Assembly (NCBI GenBank): GCA_021613535.1
Contig: CP075494.1
Location: 15,066,001 to 15,130,000 of the forward strand
Reading direction: 5' to 3'
From: Adineta vaga
Lineage: Eukaryota > Animalia > Rotifera
DNA: 64,000 nucleotides
The position numbers were made by a program, and so were the translations under genes. Position 1 is the stretch's first letter. Every line of letters begins with the position of its first letter. This document shows, piece after piece, positions 40,523 to 53,659 of this stretch. Below the pieces are notes generated by a model. It was not told the origin of the DNA. It saw only the letters and a list, made by a program, of their open reading frames with translations, and ran no database searches.

Positions 40523-43320
40523 CGGTATCGGCTAAATAACCTTTCTGCTATTGTATTTTCTTCGAATCAGAGAGAGAGAGAGAAAGAGAAAGAGAAGAAA
40601 AGTAGCAAAACAAATAGTTAGCGTTGCTTCATTGCATCTCTTGATGATCATCTGTTCAAATCATCTCAACATACAAATTATTTATCGACACACGCGCATT
40701 CAGACATTCTCTTTTCACAAATCAATAAGAACAACAACAACAAAGACAAGTTTCATATTCTTTCATCTTCTTCATTTACATAGATATGTTCAGAAAAGAG
40801 AGGTGATTTGTCTCTTCACGTCAAACTTCCGTTTTTTCCCTTTTCTTTTTCTGTACTTTTGTCGTTGTCATTATTTCAATTAATCAATCACTCGACGAAA
40901 CCTGTGTGTTCCTCTCGTTCGTCGATCGCCCATTCTTTGATGTTCACAGATTGGTCATTGTTGTGCGTGTGTCCAAAGTTAATAGTTAAAGAAGAAGACG
41001 ACGACAGACGTAAGACGGATTGATGAGTTGTGCGTGCTTTTGATTGTAGACATTGAAAGTGAGAATTGTTTAACTAAAGACGTGAATGAGTTAATTATTC
41101 TCTCTCTCACGCTTTGTGTTCAATATTGACTCATGTCATATAACGAAATGTTCGTAGAGAAGTTTATTTTTTTCTTTATATTTTAGATCATTAAAGCGTA
41201 TTCGATAAAGAATGTTATTTGAACACTATTTATTAATTTTAATAATGATTATTCGTGTAAGTGAATCCATAACATCAATCAAAACATTTGAAACAATTGA
41301 AATGAAAGAAAATCTTCCCGTTGGTACAGTTCTTCTTCGATTCGATGACGAAAAAGCAGAAGAAGAAGAAGAAGAAGAAATGTCAAAATATTATTTATTA
41401 AATTTAAGTGGATTTGAAAGAAGATATTTTAGAATAAAGGATAAACATTTGATAATAGAAGAAGAAATTGATCGTGAAGAATTTGTTCAAAGTAAAAAAT
41501 GTTTTGATCGTTTTTCATGTTTAATTGAAATTCATATTTTAATCAATGATGGTCAAAGATATTTCGTTATTCCAATTCATATTGTTGAGTAAGTTGATTT
41601 GTTGTTTTTTCTATAAAATAAGATTTTATTTATTTTATTTATAACAAATTAAAGTGTCAATGATAATAAACCCAAATTTAAAAATGAATTAATTGAAATA
41701 AAATTAAAAGAAAATGAAGAAATGAAATATCAAATAACAATTGAAGGTGCAAATGATTTAGATGAAGGAATAAATAATAATATTGAATATGAATTAGATT
41801 GTTCATTAATTAATAAAAATAAAGAAAAGAATTGTTCAAATTTATTTCAATTAATTTTAATTTCCAAATCACAAAATTCCAATCAATTTGATCAAATTTT
41901 ATTAAAATTTTCATTTGTAAATGAAAATAAAGATTTTTATGAATTAATTATAAATTCATTTGATTGTAATCCAAAAGAAAAATGTCGAGAAAAAAGATTA
42001 AATAATTCAATGAAAATTCAAATTGAAATTCAACGAATTCATTTTCTCAAATTAAATTATAAATTTATAATTCAAATGAAACATTTATTAAAAGAAAATA
42101 ATGAAATTGGTGAAATTCAAATAAATGAAAAATCCAATGATATTATTTATAAAATAAAAGATCAAAATATTGAAAATAATATTAAAATAAATGAAAATGG
42201 AAAATTAATTTTATTAAATGAACAAATTTTATTAAATCAAACTTTGATTTTCTTTCAAATTCAACTTTTTAATTTAAAAACAAAACAATTTTTATCTTCA
42301 ATTACAAATTGTTCCATTTATTTTCGTTTATTTGATCAAATTGAAATGTTTTCATTGAATTATTTTAATTTTTCATCATCAATTCAATCAATTCAACAGA
42401 ATTCCTTTCTTTTCTCTGATCAAGAACTTTTACAAAGAAATCAAATTCTTTTTTTCATTCAAATTCTTCCTTCTTTTTATTTCTCTGATCAATATTTTCT
42501 TTCTCTCATTGATTCTCAATCTCTCTTTTCTCTTTCTCCCTCTTCTTCTTCTCCTTCTTCGAATCAAACGAATATTTATTCATTTCAATTGACAAATCCT
42601 TCTTTATTCAATCAATCGATCATTTATTTTCTTCACATTTCGATTCAACATCAATTAACAAAACAAATTTTATCTCAACAAATTCTTCTTCAATTTTCTT
42701 TTTCTTCAAATCTTTGTCATGAAAATGTTTATTATTCACTTTATGATTTATCAATGAAAAGTGTTGTGGCTCAACTTCAAGTTGTGAGAACAAATGCAAA
42801 GATTTTATCATTTTCTTCATTTGTGATTTCATCGAAAGATGAAAATGAAATATTTATTGATGATTGTCAAATGAATATTATTGAATCGAATTCATCTTTA
42901 TCTTTATCTCAATATGAACTTTGTTCTTCTTCCTCTCGTTCAAATGAGTCTTGTTTTCTTATTCAAATCAATTCAACATCATCATTTCAACAAACAAATT
43001 TCACTTCTTTTTTACGCCCAATTGAAATGATCATTGTAACTTTTGCATCGATCTTTGTTTTAGCAATGTTAACATTGAGTTTGATTATTTGTCGTTTGAA
43101 ATTTTGTTTAAGAATGAAAAATTATTTGTTTTATGGAAAGAAATATGGATTAAGTCAAGCACAACGTCTTTCAACAGCGAAAATGACGGTAATAGTTTTT
43201 GAATACAGAGAAGTCATTTTGTATTTGTTGATTTTAGCAAAGAGTTCATTCGATTATTGTTCGAGAATCTCAATCACCTTCGATCGAATCAATGAAACAA
43301 AGTATGTTGCATTTGAATGA
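40523..43320 (+). repeat. Right arm of a ~2.8 kb near-identical inverted repeat
   Basis: Begins atcggctaaataacctttctgcta, the reverse complement of 27963-27986. Confidence 0.92.
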
Positions 43321-43524
43321 TTTATTTTTACTAATAAATAATTTTTAGAAACATTGATTTATAATATCGATCAATTATTGGGTGAAGAATCAAGTCCACC
43401 AATGAATATTTCACCTGATATGAGAATATCTCTGTCATGTTCATCAATATTAAATCGAAATGAAGAAAATGAAAGTGAAATCAATCGAGATTTAAATTTA
43501 TCTAGATTAGCTTCGGAAGTCTGA
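41212..43524 (+). CDS. Divergent protocadherin-like protein, copy B (inverted paralog of 25037-27282)
   Basis: Near-identical translation to copy A. The last exon (43382-43524) is longer but also ends RLASEV*. Its acceptor reads TGG instead of TAG. Confidence 0.75.
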
Positions 43525-44107
43525 TGTTTTTTTGTAACAGTTGATACATATTTGTTTTTTTGATGTTGTAGTATGTTTGTTTTGATTTTTCTTGTCTGAA
43601 AATTGAGTATCACTTATAAAACACGAAATATTCTTTATTGCGATGTGAATATCGGTGCAAATGTTGCTTATAACATCGTGACACACACTCTCATCCTTTT
43701 GAAAAGATTATAGATGAGGTAGAAAATGAAAAGTTCGAAGAAAATTAAGGTAGAAATCGGATTCAATGGGCTGTAGACATTAAAAGAGGTAAACACGTTT
43801 GCCACAAGGTTAAATTATATTTTCACCCACGCTGTGAACTATTCATCCGTATAATCTGATGCGTTTTTAACTTTTGATGGACGAGAGAAAGCAATTTCTC
43901 GGACAGTTTTCATCGTTTTGTGATTGCGATACAAATGTTTTGTATGATCGAATGCTTCGCTGACTCTGATTTTTGTTATATGAATAATACTTTCATTCGA
44001 TATTCCTCGGAGAGACGAATCTTCATATTCACATTTTCGTGCTCGAAAACCTAATCATCATTTACCTTTTTTTCCTTCATCGATCATCGAATATTATTCA
44101 AATTACC

Positions 44108-44550
44108 ATGGGATTTTCCACCAAATTGATCTGTTTATCCTTCGTGGTTATCGTGTTTGTAATAAACAATAATATTTCAGCGCTACGTAATGAAATGGAC
44201 AGTGATCTTGAATCGGATGAAGCAGAATACAACTTGCGTCGATTGAGTAAACTGTTTTTAGACAAACGTGCTGGTGCTTGCTTCAGTACTTCTAAACCTT
44301 GTGCTTACACTTCTGATAACTCAAAAATTGCTCCTGTTGATAAATATAATACAAATGGTTGTTGTAAAGGTAGTGTTTGTCGTTATAATCATACTATACC
44401 TAATGATGATGATGCTGAATATTACGGTACAGCCGGTCCCTTTTATTATCATATTTACTCTTGTCAATCAAAGAACAAATCAGTATGTAGAGTTATTTAT
44501 ATACTTGAAGGTCACGAACAAAAACATATTCTTTTTCTTTCTAGAAATAA
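44108..44550 (+). CDS. Secreted Cys-rich prepropeptide with a knottin (ICK)-type framework; likely intron 44483-44544
   Basis: Signal peptide, acidic pro-region and DKR cleavage site; mature C-x6-C-x19-CC-x4-C-x27-C. The intron gtatgt...ttctag gives the ending SKNKSK*. Confidence 0.7.
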
Positions 44551-44658
44551 GAAACAGATAAAGACGACTCTTTACATAATCAATCCAATCGCATTAACTT
44601 CTTTTCTTTTTCAAAATCAAATCATACATGTGCCCTTGTCTTTTTATCAAAGAACATT

Positions 44659-44943
44659 TCACAATAAAATAATAGAAAAAGCGACTTTAATTATAATTTT
44701 AATAAATGGTCCAACAACTTTCAAAATCGGTGCAACTTCTTCTAATCGTTTTGTCCAAACATTTTTCTTGTTTTGTGCAGCTCTTTCTCGTTGTGCTTGT
44801 TTTATAAGAACGAAAGCTAATACAATTGCACAACTAATTGCAATGACAACTAAGCAAACAGTGATAAATAACTTCGTAGCATTTCGTTGACACCATGGAA
44901 TGTCATCATAATAATCCTCATCATTAGCATATCGATGACTCAT
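44659..44943 (-). CDS. Small orphan membrane protein
   Basis: ATG-initiated 94 aa ORF with a clear TM, basic/charged linker and hydrophobic C-terminus. Confidence 0.55.
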   Translation of the reverse strand: MSHRYANDEDYYDDIPWCQRNATKLFITVCLVVIAISCAIVLAFVLIKQAQRERAAQNKKNVWTKRLEEVAPILKVVGPFIKIIIKVAFSIILL

Positions 44944-45024
44944 TTGAAAAGATAACTAAAGTATAAACAAGAATAGAAATGATTTTTGTCAAACATTTCA
45001 CGCGGCTTTTTCTTTTGTCGTATT

Positions 45025-45387
45025 TCATTCATTGAATAATGTTCGAGAAATATCTTCAAATAATTTTTGAAATACCGTAGCAATTTGACCTTTAGATTTC
45101 TTAAGAAAACGATTGAGTTTACCATCTTTCATAATAAAATCTAAAACTTTATCAGTTACACCATGTTTACGTTTAAATGCATTTTTAGCTCGTAAACGTT
45201 CTCGATCACGTTCAGCGAATTTATTTTTGTAATAAACATAAGAAATTGCCGAAGTAATCAGAATAATGAAAAGAAAACAACTGATCACTTGACACCAACA
45301 TAGTTCACAACAGGAAGAATCGTTATTGCGACGTTTTCTACGATGCATTTTGTAGGACAATGAAGAGATTACACTTGTATCGCTCAT
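45025..45387 (-). CDS. Small orphan single-pass membrane protein
   Basis: ATG-initiated 120 aa ORF with a Cys cluster before the TM, a polybasic juxtamembrane segment and an amphipathic C-terminal helix. Confidence 0.6.
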   Translation of the reverse strand: MSDTSVISSLSYKMHRRKRRNNDSSCCELCWCQVISCFLFIILITSAISYVYYKNKFAERDRERLRAKNAFKRKHGVTDKVLDFIMKDGKLNRFLKKSKGQIATVFQKLFEDISRTLFNE

Positions 45388-45557
45388 TTTGTTAATTTGA
45401 CATGAACAAAATGTATGTAACTAAGGATATGAATACGCGGAGAAAGTAACACACATAAACACAAATTTTTTATTTTTATACTCAAAAGAAAAATCGAACA
45501 CTCAACAAACAAATTATCCTATAAATAGAATTACGTTTTGCTCTTATCCTCAACTTT

Positions 45558-46664
45558 TTATTTTGCTTTCTTTCCTTTTTTCATATAACTTTGTAAGTAA
45601 AAATTCGAAAATAATACTAGAATTGTTATTCCATAGAAGATAAATGAAACATCAAAAATTTTTGGATAATTACATGGCGTTATCAAATTAACACTTGAAT
45701 GCGTAATTACCATTATAAATTGTGCCTAAACACAGAAGAAAAACAGAATTTAAAATCAAAATTCAAAAACAAAACTTTACAATTTGAGCTTGAGTTAAAT
45801 AACGTTTCCACCAAAGATATTTTTGAATGTTTTTTCCACAAGCACTTAAACCATAATAAGCATACATAACAACATGAATAAATGAATTTATAATAACAAT
45901 AAATAATGCTAAAGAATATCGATTGGATTTTGATTAAAAATGAAAGTTTGAATTTACTTACATTGACCACCTGGAACATAAGTTGTTCCATACCAACCAA
46001 AAAAGACCATGGTTAAATGATGATAAACATGTAAAAATGTTATTTGATTGTCTTTTTTTCGTAATACAAATATAATCTAGATATAAATTGACATACAAAA
46101 CATTTCTATAACGTTCTTTTCACTTACTGTGTCAATTAAATCGACTAATTTCATCATAAAATACCACCAACTTACGTTACATGCCTAAAACAATCATCAA
46201 AAACTTGATCTCGATATTGAATTTCAATTCGATTAAACTTACTCGCATCGCATCTTTTCCATTCGAATAATCAACAGGTTCACATAACAAACTATATCTA
46301 TTATTAATCCATATATATGTTGCCTAGTTACAAAAAAAGGTTTTTTTTTATATCAAAGTCAAATCGAATATTTTTTATCGTATTACTTCGAAAGTAATAT
46401 ATGTGCAAAGAATCACTTGAATAATATTATAGATAAACATAAAATGTCGTAATTCAAATGGGTTTTGAGTTTTCATCCATACTCGTCCAAAAACAATCGC
46501 ACATACATAGATAACAGTTATAATTACAGTTGGAATCACACTTTGCATCATCAGCCAATCTCTAACACGAACATCTAAAGAAACAATATAGATAAGAATC
46601 AAAATCACGAAGAATTTAGTTCATACAAACCTCCATTTGTTGGTAAGGTACTAAATAAATCCAT
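45558..46664 (-). CDS. Very-long-chain fatty acid elongase (ELOVL family), multi-exon
   Basis: [42 protein letters not shown] and LWKKHSKYLWWK-like region; C-terminal KKAK. Confidence 0.9.
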
Positions 46665-47332
46665 TCTAATCTAAAGACGTAAATTCAACTGACAACAACT
46701 ATGAAAAGTTCTTTTCTTTACATTTTAAATGCACTTGTATATGTATGAATGTTTTCATGTAACTGTGGTAACATGAGAAAGAGAAAAGGAGAGAAAGTAT
46801 ACATTTGAAAATGCAAATGATCTTTGTTCCTTTTTTTTTATTTCAATAAGAAATCTGAACGAAAGAACTGATGACGACATTGCCGAAAAGAAAATGAAGT
46901 TTATCAGTAGAAATGCAGGTCATTTCCTTCAACTGTAAGTAGTGAAGAAAACGAATACAAAGACCGTAAATAAAACTGGCTTAGAATTAATTCGGTATTA
47001 TTTAGACGATCTTCGGATTGTTTAGTAAAGTTATTGAAAAAAAGACAAATGATGTGAGTAGAATAAATGAATGAAGAGCAATTAGAAATTTACTCGTTTC
47101 TTAGAAAATCTCTCCTTGCTTTAACATTTGTCAAGCAAGATATTCGATCACTTGTTTATCAGCAGTAATGATCTGATGAAGCGCTTTTGTGAAAAAATGT
47201 TGACTAGGAAGTAAGAAAGAAAGTAACTTCCATATATGGACATTTTCTTTGACTTCTTTTCTATGTTTTCGTATATGAAATTTATCATTTATTCTTGTTC
47301 TTGGAATTGCATTTGTGAAGCAACACTCTACG

Positions 47333-48260
47333 ATGTTAAATGGTCTTATTTTATTCGTGTTTGTTTATATACTTTTGACTAGTATCAGCACAATTTCTCT
47401 TAGACTATTGTTCCAATTCAAATGATCCTACTACAAAGGGATTTAACGTATGATGTCTACTTTTCAATAATTCCGTATGTAATGGATCTGACTGACGTCA
47501 ATATATGAGTATAAATACAATTTGTGTTACGCCAGACACAGCTGATTATACGGCTTGATTTGTGCCGTATTTTAGTTGTACGTGGATATGGTTTTACAGG
47601 TTTTTCCTGCGACGAATGCTAGTATGATTCAACAGTTGCACTAGACATTCAAACGGATTTTACAACTAATGAAAAGTACAACTTCTTGATATTATATTCT
47701 TGGATCAGATACTTCTTCCTCGATTTCTATTTATGATTATTTTTCATCTCTTCATTATATGTCAACGAATATGACACCATCGAGATTGCACAAACGATAC
47801 ACTTATTCGGGTACAGCAGTATCTAATCTATTCTTTTGGCTACATCATGGATGAGAAAAATATCCAGAATCAATAATTTCCTAGACAACAACTAATGCTA
47901 GCGCTTAACATTCATATAATGATTGTCTAGCATTTTTTCTTTCACTTTATTTACAGATGAAATTCTTTTAAAATACAAGTTCTTATGGGTATTCTATGAT
48001 GAGCTTCAAACACCGCCAGATACAATTCTTCTCATTACGATATCAATATAATGATACAGGCTGATGTCAAAAGTCTTTACGATCAAATAAAAGCTCATGA
48101 GAATAAGTCAGGTTCAATCACTACAACATTATAATGCCAGTAAACGGAATAATATACCACTAACATTCTCATTTGATATGCATGCATACTTTTAGCACTC
48201 CTCCACGTAGCATTTCCGAGGTTTTCGAATTAACTGTTACATACAATGATGTCTGAAAGA
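47333..48260 (+). pseudogene. Possible decayed tyrosinase/TYRP-like gene
   Basis: Across stops and frameshifts it reads signal-like MLNGLILFVFVYILL, AQF..YC, NSVCNG, GFTGFSCDEC and NLFFWLHH. Compare tyrosinase GQFP..C, FxGFNCxxC and DLFVWMHY. Confidence 0.4.
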
Positions 48261-48721
48261 AGTCTCGTAATACGATTGAAATAGGATCGAAAACTATTGA
48301 TGCGATCAAAAATGCTTTTTTAAAAACCTTCTCAATGAATAATATTAATAAAATTCCTACATTCTATCAATGATGTAATTTTTATTGACTCAACACTCGA
48401 AGAGAACGTTTTCATAGAGTATCTATATTGATCCTAACATCTTTAACTTTAAACTTTTCGTCGAGGAAGTTATTTCGTAACATATCTATGAGATATTCAT
48501 TACATTCAATACCCATACATTTCACACAACTAATGATCTAAAAGTCTTTATCGTCATTGGAAAACTATTCACTGTACAAATATCATTTCAATTTTCTTGT
48601 TTTAACTTCTTTTTCTTTATTGAAATAAAACCGGCGAAAACATAACATCACAAAACATTTATTTCAGGATCTTTTCATATCAAACGTTTAAAACGGAATA
48701 ATCATCACGAATTTTCCAGGT

Positions 48722-51700
48722 TTATTCAACGAAATAAACTAAACTGTTGCCAACATCTTGATCACCTAAGACAAGTGTACCATGACGTGAATCAATTTGT
48801 ATAACTTGATCTTTATTGGAGAATTCAACAAGACCTTGTAATGGTGTTGATATATTTGGTATTGTTCTTGTATAGAATTCCCAATTTTGAAAATAAAATA
48901 ATCGAATTATTTTATTTGCTTTTAAATTTCGATCACCTTGTCTTCGTAAACGTGCTTCTAATTTTTCAACTGTATCACCGTTCATAACAGGAATACTCCA
49001 TTCAAAATTTGATGAATAAGGTTGACGATTGACGAAACGTATCATCACTGATTCTTCATGACGAAAATGTATTAATGGTTCACCAGGTAAAATATCTTCG
49101 AAATTAACTGGTGCATTTATCATTTCATTCTCATTTCCATCTATTGAACGAATTTCAATTTGTTCAACATTCAAAGCACGTCGAAGATAATCTTGATTCA
49201 TTCGTAAAACTTCATATTCATCAAATGATAAATGTTGATCAATTGATTTTATATCACCACTCTTTTCAAATAAACTCTTCAAATGAGTTACAAATGGCAT
49301 CAATTTCTTCATATATTTCTTATCAATTTCGGATCGATCTTTGAAATGAACAGACAATTGTTTATTATCTGGTAAAACATTGCCATTTGAATGAAATAAT
49401 TGTTTTAATTCATTGATAACAAATGTTTGCCATGATGGATATGAACGTGCAACAAAGATTGTTGCATGTGTTGGTGCTAATGGTGGTTGACTTTTTGTTG
49501 CTCCTTTCGATTTTCCACTTGATTGTTGAGTCGCATAAGATTTGAGACGAAGACGAAAATCATGAGCAGTTTTCATCAAATAATCACAGGAATCAACCAA
49601 AGATGAATCAACTTTACCTATTTTCAATAAAAATATTCAAAAATTTAATCAAAATAACTTCATCTCTTTGGTGCTCTCTCTCTCTCTTACCAGCAGTTGG
49701 CCATTTAGCATTCATAATTGTTTGACTTGGATGAAGAAATTGATAAACATAATCACAAATATGTGGACAAATCGGTGCCAATACAATCGCTTGAACTTCA
49801 ATGAATCGTTTGATCAAATGAATATTCATTTGTTCACTTTCCGAACATAATTCACGATAATTATCACGTGCAATTTGTAAACCAAAGAATCCATATTTCA
49901 AAACATCTTTATACAACATCTTTTCATAACTTTCTTCTGTTAATTGAATAGCACGATTGATTTCAGATTCAAAAACACGATCATAATAATTATATTGTGT
50001 ATCGATACGATAATTTGCTTTTTGATAATCACTAAATTCTTCAGTGGAATGATCTTCACTTGGTGAAAGATGTAATTTATCTTTGATCCAACTAATGGCT
50101 GATGAAACGATCGTTGAACTATCTTCTGACGTCTTATCTTTTGAATTTGGATCAACAAGATCAATGGGATTGATTTGAAGAACTTCTTTAACCCATTCAA
50201 TAAATGTATAAAGACGAAGAAGTTGAGCTTCAGCCATTTCTTCTTCGAAATTAGCATCTTCAATTGAATCACCAGCATCAGCTAATGTCAAACGCATACC
50301 TAAACAACACAAGAATGAACAACATTTCATTCGATTCTCCATTCATTAAACAAACCATCTGCTGAGTATTTGTCAATGGCTTGAACTAAAGTTAAAAAGT
50401 TTCCAGTTGATTTTGACATTTTCTCTGCATTCAATAACAAATGTCCATTGGCACGAAATGATTTTGGCCAATATTCCGGATTATTTGGCCAAATAGCAGC
50501 GTGATTATACAAAGCATAAGTTAAATGATTTGGAATTAAATCTTTTCCACTCGAACGAAGATCAACTGGATACCAATATCGAAATTCATTTCGAAGATGA
50601 TCAAGTGTTGCACATGGAATATCAGTTGATGATGATGGATAGGATTTGTTAGGGAAAAAGATATAATCCCAAACTTCAATCGTTAATTGTGATGGAAGAA
50701 TATTTGCTGGACCTTAATTAAAAACAAAAAAGAATTCTTTCTTTCATCGAGCGATGAAGTTGTCGCAAACCTAGTTTTTCTCCATTATATGAATCACGTG
50801 CTTGTAAAAGATGTGCAACTGTATAATAAGCCATGTAAATAGTCGAATCAGATAAAGATTCAATGAGATATTGTTCATCCCAAGGTAGTTTTGTTCCAAG
50901 ACCATATGAACGTGAACATGCATGTTCATGTAACCAACTAAGAACACCTTCAAATTGATTCTTTGTTTCAATATGATAAAGATTCATTCGATCTAAAACT
51001 TGTTTCGTTTCTTGTTTCCATTTTTCATTTCCATAATCGAGAAACCATTGATCAACAAGTGCAACAACACATTCATCATTTGAACGTGACATTACTTTTC
51101 CTTCAGGTTCATAATAAGCACATGCGTGTCCATTAGCTATTAAATCGTCACGAACAAGTTTTTTTGCATCGGAGATTTTTGTATTCGAATATTTTCCAAC
51201 AACAAGTATTCCTTCATAGAATGATTTTGTATAGATTTGTTCTTTTGCTTCAGCTAATTTATCACGATCATTTTGTGATTGAATTTTCATTTGTTTACAA
51301 ATTTCAGGTGCTGCTAGACGACCAAATGGAGCAAGTTCAATGATTGGAACAGGATTAGGGTAAAACCATCGAATCTTGTATATGATATTTTTCACGAAGA
51401 TTTGCCTATTTCAACAGATTCAAAAAATTAAAATGAAAAACCAATGGAAAACAAGTCAAAATCATTACTTTGTTTTTCAAATCAGTTAATGCAGCATAAT
51501 CATCTGGTGAATCACTTGGTACAGATGTAACAACACCAGTTCCTTTATCTTCTTTGATCGTCATCATAGGTAAAACATAGATTGTTTCATAATGTGAAAG
51601 TGGTGCATGTAATGGTAAACCAAATAATTCTGAACCAAGAAATTCAGCTAAGATTGTATATTGACCATTAGTTGATGTAAATTCTTGATAAGACATATTC

Positions 51701-53099
51701 TTTGCTGCACGTTTCGTACAAATGAGAATACCATGAAGACGTGTTTCAAATGCAACATAACGAATATCAGGATGAAGCCAACAATTCGTTTGTCCATACA
51801 TTGTTTCAGGTCGAAGTGTTGCTGCAGCTAAATGAACACCAGCTGTTGTTGATGTTACATGTGGTTTCAATTTGTCAGGAATATGATCATCATGAATACG
51901 AAGTTTAACTACTGTATATTCTTGTGGTGCAACACCTTCACCACTACTTCGATCATGATCCATACATGGTTGACCATCTTTTGGTGAATAGATTGTATAT
52001 CTATGTTAATGAAACGAAACATTATTTGAATGATAGAAGAAGAAGAAGAAGATAATGATGATGATGATGAAATGTTGAATTACCGTTTTCCAAATTGAAT
52101 TTTTCCGCCTTCTTTTAAATGATGAAATTGCCATCGAACAAATGAATCGTAGAATGGATTTGCATCAGTTGTAATAAATGATCGACGCCAATCAACCTAA
52201 AAAGGAATTTGAAAACAAATGGAAAGAAGAAATGTTTAATACTTTTAATCCCATCATTTCAAGATCTCGTTTGACATGTGGTGGAAAATAGGAAATCCAA
52301 TAGAGTGGATCAGCAAATCGTCGAATTTCGTCATCATCATCAATTCCTAAACTTCGCATGATTTGCCATTGATATTTTTCACCTCCACTTTTTGCTGCTG
52401 CTTTACTCTATTTAACAAAATACAATAATCTTTACAATATAATCAATTAAACAGTGGATTACCTTTTTACTTTTTGCTTTGTTATCAACTTTACTACTTT
52501 CACTATCTTTTGATGTTGTAGATGCAGTTTTATCGTCTTCGGCATCGTCAGTAACCACAGGAAATTTCGGTGGAAAACCGAAATCTTCTAATTCACGTTT
52601 AAGTTTATCAGCAGCTGCCTGCAATAGAAAAGATGATTAGATGAGAGAAAAGTGATTCGAATATTGTAAATCGTACTCGAATAGGCATGCCTGTGCAATG
52701 AAATCCAAATGGAAAGAGACAATGTTTACCACGAAGACGTTGAAATCCAACAGCAAACTGAAAAACGAAGAAAACCAGTGTATGAAAAAAAAGTAAAAGA
52801 AAAGCAAACCTCGCATTTCGATAAAGAAAATGTATGACCAAGATGCAGACGACCGTTCATATATGGATATGGAAATGTAACCAAAAATGTATTTGAACTA
52901 AACGAACAATATTCAAAAAATCGAATGAAAAAAAAGATTAACTTTACTTGTCAGTTAAATGACCAGGTGCATCAGCTTCAAATACTTTCAAGTCAGCCCA
53001 TACTTTTTGCATTTGTCGTTCAATATCTCGAATAGTATCAAGTTTAACTGTTGATCGTTTTTCTGTTGTTGCTGTAGAAGTTGCTTTTGGCGGTGCCAT
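48722..53099 (-). CDS. LARS1: Cytoplasmic leucyl-tRNA synthetase, multi-exon; apparent 2-nt deletion at ~51356
   Basis: [63 protein letters not shown] and KMSKSTGNF. Confidence 0.95.
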
Positions 53100-53659
53100 G
53101 ATTAGGTTTGATTTATTTTCCTCTCTAGAAGAAACGTATTTATATAGAAAAGATATTACGTTATTCTACATAATAAATTTTGATGAGAAAAAAACTACAT
53201 TACAGCAGATTAATCGTAATCGTATACAAACGATCCAACTTGCTGCTGATGAAATCAACGGAAAGAATAGTCAACCTATGAGAAAGAAACAGTTTTAAAC
53301 TCAGTTTTATACAGATATACGAGGGTTCGATAGAGGTCATTCTTGTACAGCAGTCATCGATTATATTCTGATGAACTAGAAAAATATTATTTTGAAAGAA
53401 ATCAATTCTTGATTTGGGCACTGATTAACTTTATTCCTGAGCGCATGATATTTTCAAGAACTATTTTTAGTAAATGCGTATAAGATATTATTATTATTTA
53501 TTGCCAACATCCATTTGTCGGTAGGACTTGTTTAATAATGCCGAGACACATGATTCTATGAATAAAAAATACTACTTTTAATTAAAATAAGATCATATTC
53601 TTACATACGATTTAGCGAAGACGCGTCATTCGTTTCTTCTTCATTATCATCTGTAAGAT

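Noticed and set aside
44039-44890. 283-aa ORF as a single protein
   Set aside because: It reads through a likely intron and into the antisense strand of the neighbouring gene. Only 44108-44550 looks coding.
51340-51400. Programmed ribosomal frameshift in LARS1
   Set aside because: Codons conserved in the family are missing bases, and similar deletions occur in unrelated genes nearby. Sequence error is the simpler explanation.
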